Below are positions 1 through 5,718 of a DNA stretch of 11,357 bases, piece after piece. The position numbers and the translations under genes are program-made. Positions within the stretch are counted from its first letter, which is position 1, and each line of letters begins with the position of its first letter. Under the pieces are notes generated by a model. It did not search any database. It had not been told where the DNA came from and was given only the letters and a program-made list of their open reading frames with translations. Source of the DNA: Chlamydiia bacterium (GTDB lineage: Bacteria > Chlamydiota > Chlamydiia > Chlamydiales > RGXB01). The stretch is from NCBI GenBank assembly GCA_040382515.1, contig JBEIFH010000030.1:1-11357 (forward strand), in the 5' to 3' direction.

Positions 1-1284
1 AAAATGGACGAGAGCTGCTGTTTTTCTTTTGGTGGCGAGACAGTTGTCTGCTATGTATACAAATCCATCTATGAGGGGATACAAATCTATTTAGTGGACC
101 TGCACTCCACATCGAATTTTTTTCATAGAGATCGGATTTATGGTTACGAGGATGACGTGAGACGTTTTTTAGCCTTTGTGAAAGGTTCTCTAGAGATGAT
201 CTCTCTAGTCAAAAAAAACCCACCACTTATCCATCTTCACGATTGGCCCACCGCAGCAACACCGATACTTTTTGACGAGGTGAAGAGAACGATGCCACGT
301 CCCGCATTTTTGTTAACAGTGCACAACCTAAGCTATCAGGGAATTACCCCCTACGAACCCTTACAAGATGCAGGTCTATTTTCACAAAGAGCGTGTAAGC
401 TTCTAGAAGATCTGTACATCCCTTACCGGTTCAATCTTTTACTCGGTGGATTAAGGGCAGCGGACCAGATCACTACCGTATCTCCGACCTACGCTAAGGA
501 GATTGAGACAGTAGAGTTGGGTAGAGGGTTGCATGAAATTTTTCTAAAACGGGCACAACATTTTACAGGTATCTTGAATGGTTTGGACCCGGTAGAACTA
601 GAGCGTTATATAGAGATTCCGGCTGACGTTAAAGAGCGCCATCTACCCAAAGTTTTGGATTTAAAATCCAGGATGAAAATAAAGCTGACCAAAGAGCTTG
701 GGATCGAGCCCTTAGACTCCCCCTGGCTTATTTCCGTAACCCGCCTTGTGGATCAAAAAGCACCCCATTTAATCCTTGAAGCAGCTCAGCAAATTTTAAC
801 CAATGGCGGAGTTTTTATTTTAGTAGGCCTTGACGGTGACCACCATATCCGTAAAATGTTTACCGAACTTCAAGAGGCTTGGCAGCACACAAATAGAGTG
901 CGCATCGTCCTAGGATTTCACCCCAAGCTCGCAGAGCAACTTTTTGCAGCAGCCGATTTCAGTATCATACCTTCGATTTTTGAACCGTGCGGATTAACGC
1001 AGCTTTATAGCCTGTACTTTGCGACGATCCCTATCGTAAGAAGAACGGGAGGTTTGAATGACACCGTTTTTGATCTGGGCGAAAGTTCCCCTGAAAAACC
1101 TCTGAACGGATACACTTTCTTAGAACCTGAGGTGTCGGCCTTGCGCTGGGCGCTCGGGCGAGCTCTAAAAGAATACCAATCAGAAACCCACCGAGAACGA
1201 CAAAAAAATGCTGTATTAGTGGATATATCATGGAAAAATTCAGCTCTAAGGTATCTCGAGATCTACAAAAAAATGGCAAGATAG
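1..1284 (+). CDS. glgA: Glycogen synthase (GT5, ADP-glucose type), 5'-truncated by the window edge
   Basis: The frame is open from base 1 (AAA ATG...). GT5 motifs present: HLHDWPTA, TVHNLSYQG, TTVSPTYAKEI, GILNGLD, RLVDQK, PSIFEPCGLTQL, RRTGGLNDTV. The N-terminal KxGGL motif is absent, so the true start lies upstream of the window. Stop TAG at 1282-1284. Confidence 0.96.
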   Translation, partial: KMDESCCFSFGGETVVCYVYKSIYEGIQIYLVDLHSTSNFFHRDRIYGYEDDVRRFLAFVKGSLEMISLVKKNPPLIHLHDWPTAATPILFDEVKRTMPRPAFLLTVHNLSYQGITPYEPLQDAGLFSQRACKLLEDLYIPYRFNLLLGGLRAADQITTVSPTYAKEIETVELGRGLHEIFLKRAQHFTGILNGLDPVELERYIEIPADVKERHLPKVLDLKSRMKIKLTKELGIEPLDSPWLISVTRLVDQKAPHLILEAAQQILTNGGVFILVGLDGDHHIRKMFTELQEAWQHTNRVRIVLGFHPKLAEQLFAAADFSIIPSIFEPCGLTQLYSLYFATIPIVRRTGGLNDTVFDLGESSPEKPLNGYTFLEPEVSALRWALGRALKEYQSETHRERQKNAVLVDISWKNSALRYLEIYKKMAR

Positions 1285-1303
1285 GCTTTCGAAAATGGGA
1301 AAA

Positions 1304-1915
1304 TTAAAGGCAAATTTCTTCTTGAGAAATATTTTTAAAGCTTTTCTTTAATGTTTCCTTGCAGTGCACACCGTATTCCAAAAGAGAAAGGACCGATAGA
1401 AACGCAGCGAGGCTCATGATCAAGAGGGATCCGGTCTGTAAAAAAGGCAAGTCGATCCAACCCAATCCATAAAAAAATAGACCGACAAGCACCGCGTATA
1501 GTGCAATTGATTGGTATATTGTTTTGAGTTTGCCCGTCCATCTTGCTCCCATAGCCTGTTGTTGCAAAGCCAGAAGCGATCGTAAATAGACAACGCTGAT
1601 CTCTCTGCACATCATTGTTATAGGGATCCAAAGAGGTAGGTCAAGGGGACCTCTTGTTAAAGAAAAAAAAATCGATAGGAAGACTATGCAATCAGACATC
1701 GGATCGAGAAGTTTTCCAATTTTAGTCACGATTTTCCACTTTCTAGCCAGGTATCCATCAAGAGCGTCCGTGGCAAGCATAAAAGTTGCCAAAAGGAGCA
1801 GTAAAACCGGCTGTACCACGCCGTTCAAGCCGAATGTAACAGGATAGAGATAGAAACCTAAAAAAAGGGGGCATAAAGCGATTCTTGATAGAGTGAGGGC
1901 TGTGGGAAGATTCAA
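1304..1915 (-). CDS. pgsA: CDP-diacylglycerol--glycerol-3-phosphate 3-phosphatidyltransferase (CDP-alcohol phosphatidyltransferase family)
   Basis: Signature DxxDGxxAR-x8-GxxxDxxxD present as DALDGYLARKWKIVTKIGKLLDPMSD. PgsA-like N-terminus NLPTALTLSR, plus RE and GKLKT motifs and several hydrophobic helices. TTG start with GGAG 6 nt upstream. Confidence 0.9.
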   Translation of the reverse strand: MNLPTALTLSRIALCPLFLGFYLYPVTFGLNGVVQPVLLLLLATFMLATDALDGYLARKWKIVTKIGKLLDPMSDCIVFLSIFFSLTRGPLDLPLWIPITMMCREISVVYLRSLLALQQQAMGARWTGKLKTIYQSIALYAVLVGLFFYGLGWIDLPFLQTGSLLIMSLAAFLSVLSLLEYGVHCKETLKKSFKNISQEEICL

Positions 1916-1936
1916 GGGGAACTCCGACTTTCAACA

Positions 1937-1987
1937 ATAGTACCATTCCTCAATTTTTTTTCCTACTCTTCCACTTTGACTATAACA
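1937..1987 (-). promoter_or_regulatory. Two candidate extended -10 promoters for pgsA
   Basis: Minus strand shows TGgTACTAT (1945-1937) and TGtTATAGT (1987-1979), both matching TGnTAnnnT. Neither has a convincing -35. Confidence 0.3.
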
Positions 1988-2007
1988 AAATATCCTCCGT
2001 AGAAAAT

Positions 2008-2043
2008 AAAAAAACTCCCTCCATCTGCTTCGGTAAGGGGGGA
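2008..2043. other. Stem-loop in the pgsA-glyQS divergent spacer (cUUCGg-capped on +, followed by a U-tract on -)
   Basis: TCCCTCC (2016-2022) pairs with GGGGGGA (2037-2043). Inner element TGC-TTCG-GTA (2026-2035). The A7 run at 2008-2014 reads as U7 after the hairpin on the minus strand. Confidence 0.4.
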
Positions 2044-2202
2044 AATTTGACGTGGTAAAAATTCGTCTGAAAGGGTAAACTCAATTGAAATTTAAAAAGA
2101 GCGTACTGACCGGCTATCTATTTACTCAAAAGTGGTCTTTTTGACCGCTCCGGACATCGCCAAAAAAACAAGAATAAAACGACTAAATCAAAATTTACCT
2201 GT

Positions 2203-5148
2203 ATGGACTTTCAAAATATCGTTATGCGACTCAATGAATTCTGGAGCAAACAGGGCTGTTGCATTGTCGCAGCCGACGATACCGAGAAAGGGGCCGGGAC
2301 ATTTTCGCACCACACCTTCTTACGTTCTCTAGGTCCAGAGCCTTGCCGAATTGCCCACATCGACCCGTCCCGTCGCCCCAAGGACGGAAGATACGGAGAA
2401 AATCCCAACAGGCTTCAGCTTTTTCATCAATATCAGGTTTTACTCAAACCGGCTCCTGAAACTATCGTTCAGCTCTATCTGGATTCACTAGAGGCGATCG
2501 GTTTAAGTCAGAAAGATCATGACATCCGATTTGTACAAGACGATTGGGAATCTCCGACGCTTGGTGCCTGGGGATTGGGATGGGAGGTCTGGTGCGACGG
2601 AATGGAGATCACCCAATTTACCTACTTCCAATCGGTGGCAGGTATAGAAATGGAAGCGATCCCGGTCGAGATTGCCTATGGCCTGGAACGTCTAAGCATG
2701 TTCATCAACCACAAAGCCTCTATATACGATGTCCAATTTGGTGGGGTCTACAGTTACAGGGACCTATTCCATCTAAGGGAAGTGCAGGCAAGCCGGTATA
2801 ATCTCGAGGAGGCCTCTGCCGACCTATGGTTTCATTTGTTCGAGCTTTACTCGAACGAGGTGAAGCGACTGATCGACAAGAAACTCCCGATACCCGCTTA
2901 CGATTTTGTGAACAAAGCTTCCCATGCATTCAATATGCTGGATGCAAGAGGATTTATCTCCGTAACAGAAAGGCAGTCCTATATTCTTAAGGTTAGGGAA
3001 CTGGCAGCTTTGACCGCCAGGGAGTATCTTGATCTTAGAAAATTGATGGGTTTTCCTCTGTTAAAACACCTCCGAAAGGAAACGGGCGAAAAAATCGGCG
3101 ACGCCGTGGTGCATCATGGCACATCTACCCACGAGGATCTCCTTTTAGAAATATTTACCGAGGATCTCCCGGCCCACTATGTCCCTGCTCTCTCTTTAGA
3201 GCTCGAAAAGCAGGTTCAGGAATTTCTTAATGTAAACAAATTGAGCTTCGCCGGTCTGGAATCCTATAGTACCCACAGGCGCTTGGCTTTAATTGTCCGA
3301 GAGCTTTGTGCTAAAACGGAAGTTATGGAACAGGTGAAGAAAGGGCCAAGCGTAATAGCCCTTTACACCCCCCAAGACGAACCGACTCCGGTTGCAAACG
3401 CCTTCTTTCACTCCATTCACAAAAAAGTACCCGCTCTAAAGGAGCTTAGGTCCGGCACGGATGAATCTCTCTGGATTGAAGAGGGGTATATTTTTCACAA
3501 AAAAAGAATTGAATCACAGGACACAGCCACCCTCCTGCAAGAGAACATTCCAAAAATTCTCTTGAAACTCAAATCACCTAAATCTATGCGATGGAATTCT
3601 ACGAACATCCCGTTTGCACGCCCTATCAGAGGCTTAATGTGCCTCTACGGCGATAAAAATATCCCTTTTGAGTTTGCTCAGGTTCCTACAAAAAAAGAGA
3701 CCCATGGTCACAGGCAGCGCTCTAATACCCGAATCCCTGTAGCACATGTGCGTGAATACCTGAAAAAACTCGAAGACAACTATGTCATTGCCGATCCGTC
3801 GAGAAGGCGTGAAATGATTTTAGGTGCACTACCTGAAGGGACTAAAGGGGTCGAGAGGCTTATTGACGAGCTGGTCTACCTAAGCGAATATCCGGAAGTC
3901 GGCTTTGTAAAATTTGATCCGACCTTCCTACGCCTTCCTCCCCAGCTTATTGAGCTGGAGATGATCGTTCACCAGAGATATCTCCCTATTTACAAACACA
4001 ATAAACTCTCTAATGAGGCTTGCGTTGTCTTAGATGCCCCTTCAAAGGAGCACATTCTAGAAAACAACGGCCGTGTTTTAAGGGCAAGGCTATCAGATGG
4101 CGCCTTCTTTTTCGATGAGGACAAGAAATCGGGACTCCTAAACATGTGCGAAAAACTATCCAAAGTCGTTTTTCAAAAAGAGCTAGGAAGTTATCAGGAC
4201 AAAGTTGACCGGATGCTGGCAATCGCTGCACATTTCAAAACTCAAATCGGCGATTCTTACGAGGATGTTTCTAGAGCAATCTCCCTTTCAAAAGGGGACT
4301 TGAATTCGAACGTAGTGGGAGAATTTCCTGAGCTGCAAGGTTTGATGGGTTCGATCTACGCCTCACTAATCCCAGCTTCAGAAGCGACAGTGAAAGCGAT
4401 CGAAGAACATTACCAACCACAAACAGAGCATGACCCTCTTCCTCTGACACACGCCGGAAAAATTTTATCTCTTATAGATAAACTGGATAATATCATCGCC
4501 TTCTCTACCGTGAATTTGATTGCTACCTCTTCAAAAGATCCGTATGCTCAAAGACGGCAGGCACTCTCAGTTGTCAAAATACTCAAAGAGTTAGGCTGGA
4601 AAATCAATATTGCCGGTGAAATCCATAAGATCCTCTCCTTCTATAAAGAGACCCCCCACAAACTCAAAAATAGGGATGAATCGATCCATTTGATTCGCAG
4701 TCGTCTTAAAACAGTTCTATTGGAAACGGGCTATAATAAAGAAGAGGTCGAGGCATTGATTGCAGCAACGGAGCTAAACATCGTAAAGATTTTTCTAACT
4801 GCTAAAGAGCTCCATGCATTACGTAAAGACTCTGTTGCATTCAAGGATTGGCTTGAGGTCTACCGACGGGTAAAAGGGCAGGCATTTGATCACAAACTCC
4901 ATGTAGAACCAACCCGATTCGTGGCGTTGCAGGAAAAAGAGCTTTTTCAAGCATTAAAAACACTCCCCTACGAGCCCCTTTTAGTCGAGCTTTTGGAACT
5001 GAAACCAAAAATTGACGCCCTTTTTGAACACGTTCATATCAACGATCCTGATCTAACGCTCAAGCACAATCGGCAACAGATGCTTTGGACTTCCCTTCAG
5101 CTTTTTGAAAAGCGGTTGAATCCTACTCCGCTTTTGGGGCTCCTTTAG
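2203..5148 (+). CDS. glyQS: Glycine--tRNA ligase, fused alpha and beta subunits (981 aa)
   Basis: Alpha motifs: GAGTF, PSRRPKDGRYGENPNRLQ, DDWESPTLGAWGLGWEVW, EITQFTYFQ, YGLERL, SHAFNMLDARG. The alpha part ends at GFPLL (about 3049-3063). The beta part begins DLLLEIFTEDLP (3136) in the same frame and contains FARPIR, LRARLSDG, EFPELQG, EHYQP and SSKDPYAQRR. Confidence 0.97.
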   Translation: MDFQNIVMRLNEFWSKQGCCIVAADDTEKGAGTFSHHTFLRSLGPEPCRIAHIDPSRRPKDGRYGENPNRLQLFHQYQVLLKPAPETIVQLYLDSLEAIGLSQKDHDIRFVQDDWESPTLGAWGLGWEVWCDGMEITQFTYFQSVAGIEMEAIPVEIAYGLERLSMFINHKASIYDVQFGGVYSYRDLFHLREVQASRYNLEEASADLWFHLFELYSNEVKRLIDKKLPIPAYDFVNKASHAFNMLDARGFISVTERQSYILKVRELAALTAREYLDLRKLMGFPLLKHLRKETGEKIGDAVVHHGTSTHEDLLLEIFTEDLPAHYVPALSLELEKQVQEFLNVNKLSFAGLESYSTHRRLALIVRELCAKTEVMEQVKKGPSVIALYTPQDEPTPVANAFFHSIHKKVPALKELRSGTDESLWIEEGYIFHKKRIESQDTATLLQENIPKILLKLKSPKSMRWNSTNIPFARPIRGLMCLYGDKNIPFEFAQVPTKKETHGHRQRSNTRIPVAHVREYLKKLEDNYVIADPSRRREMILGALPEGTKGVERLIDELVYLSEYPEVGFVKFDPTFLRLPPQLIELEMIVHQRYLPIYKHNKLSNEACVVLDAPSKEHILENNGRVLRARLSDGAFFFDEDKKSGLLNMCEKLSKVVFQKELGSYQDKVDRMLAIAAHFKTQIGDSYEDVSRAISLSKGDLNSNVVGEFPELQGLMGSIYASLIPASEATVKAIEEHYQPQTEHDPLPLTHAGKILSLIDKLDNIIAFSTVNLIATSSKDPYAQRRQALSVVKILKELGWKINIAGEIHKILSFYKETPHKLKNRDESIHLIRSRLKTVLLETGYNKEEVEALIAATELNIVKIFLTAKELHALRKDSVAFKDWLEVYRRVKGQAFDHKLHVEPTRFVALQEKELFQALKTLPYEPLLVELLELKPKIDALFEHVHINDPDLTLKHNRQQMLWTSLQLFEKRLNPTPLLGLL

Positions 5149-5179
5149 AAAAAAACGGGGTAGTCCCCTACCCTGTTTT
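5149..5179. terminator. Intrinsic terminator immediately after glyQS, possibly bidirectional
   Basis: AAAACGGGGTAG (5152-5163), loop TCCC, CTACCCTGTTTT (5168-5179): a 12-bp stem with one G-U pair on +. It ends in T4 on +, and A7 at 5149-5155 gives U7 on -. Confidence 0.75.
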
Positions 5180-5195
5180 GCAACGTACCACCACC

Positions 5196-5261
5196 TTTTA
5201 ACCGATAGACTATTCTCGTAGTCTAAAACATCTACTACTTGAACACGGCAATTGGTTAAGA
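5196..5261. ncRNA. Candidate structured RNA element of unknown family
   Basis: Outer stem TTTTAACCGAT (5196-5206) / ATTGGTTAAGA (5251-5261), 11 bp with 2 G-U pairs on +. It encloses a perfect hairpin TAGACTA-TTCTCG-TAGTCTA (5206-5225). No family recognised. Confidence 0.25.
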
Positions 5262-5304
5262 CCACGAAAAAGAATCTAAAATCAGACCGATTTTTCGATT
5301 AAGA

Positions 5305-5334
5305 TTGAGTAAAATCTAACAACGGATTTAAAAT
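5305..5334 (+). promoter_or_regulatory. Candidate sigma70/sigma66-type promoter for the orphan-mutS-uvrC operon
   Basis: TTGAGT (5305-5310), 18-nt spacer, TAAAAT (5329-5334), then 6 nt before the ATG at 5341. Confidence 0.45.
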
Positions 5335-5340
5335 AACTCT

Positions 5341-5718
5341 ATGCTTATTAATGACTCCAATCCCCTAGTTCCAGATAAGGTCTACTCGAATAAAACTGTT
5401 TTACCGGTTGGTGCGCTCCGCACAACCCATGTGGCACGCTATTCTATACCCAATTACGGGAATGAATCTCTTACTAAAATCGTTCCAAACTCTACCTCCC
5501 CCGATCTGCAAAAAGTTTTGGCCCTGATACTTGAAGAGGTTGTTGCGCTCCAATACTCCCCGAATTCTAAGGATCGTTTGGAAGAAATAGAAAAAGATCT
5601 TAGACAAGCGCAAAAGCTGTTGCAATTGATCTTGAATAAATTGAGACCGGCTCAGGTTAAACCAACTACCTCCTCAAACCTCTATGACCTTTTATGCCGG
5701 GCTTTAGGCACTCGATGA
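5341..5718 (+). CDS. Hypothetical protein, 125 aa, with a S/P/N/T-rich N-terminus and a predicted helical hairpin/coiled coil
   Basis: ATG-started ORF that fills the gap before mutS. Its TGA overlaps the mutS ATG (ATGA at 5715-5718). Heptad pattern at L80, I83, L87, A90, L94, I97, L101. No family recognised. Confidence 0.7.
   Translation: MLINDSNPLVPDKVYSNKTVLPVGALRTTHVARYSIPNYGNESLTKIVPNSTSPDLQKVLALILEEVVALQYSPNSKDRLEEIEKDLRQAQKLLQLILNKLRPAQVKPTTSSNLYDLLCRALGTR

Noticed and set aside
1662..1671. A10 run (T10 on the coding strand) in pgsA as a phase-variation or frameshift site
   Set aside because: It encodes Ile-Phe-Phe-Ser in a TM helix, the frame is intact, the gene is housekeeping, and A/T runs are frequent throughout the window.
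1758..1946. 62-aa alternative-frame ORF starting upstream of pgsA (possible leader peptide or frameshift)
   Set aside because: PgsA is complete from TTG 1915 with its own GGAG. The GAGGA next to ATG 1946 is too close to act as an SD.
1990..2202. T-box or glycine riboswitch upstream of glyQS
   Set aside because: Neither the GGTGGnACC T-box nor the glycine aptamer core is present on the + strand.
5181..5200. T-box-like string AAAAGGTGGTGGTACG on the minus strand near glyQS
   Set aside because: It is downstream of and antisense to glyQS, lacks the ACCGCG half, and has no Stem I/specifier.
5196..5261. Integron attC-like site: 66 bp bounded by TTTTAAC...GTTAAGA, with GTTCAAG on the minus strand resembling an L box
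   Set aside because: The ends deviate from RYYYAAC/GTTRRRY, there is no complementary L partner at the right spacing, and there is no integrase or cassette array.
5192..5265. MITE-like reading: inverted ends with a flanking CAC direct repeat
   Set aside because: Single copy, imperfect short ends, and a 3-bp duplication is expected by chance. No transposase in the window.
5053..5265. 70-aa minus-strand ORF
   Set aside because: GTG start without an SD, runs through a terminator hairpin and overlaps glyQS antisense. No recognisable motif.
5694..5714. Longer mutS start (MPGFRHS extension)
   Set aside because: It lies inside the orphan ORF. ATG 5715 gives a typical ATGA coupling and a normal-length N-terminus.
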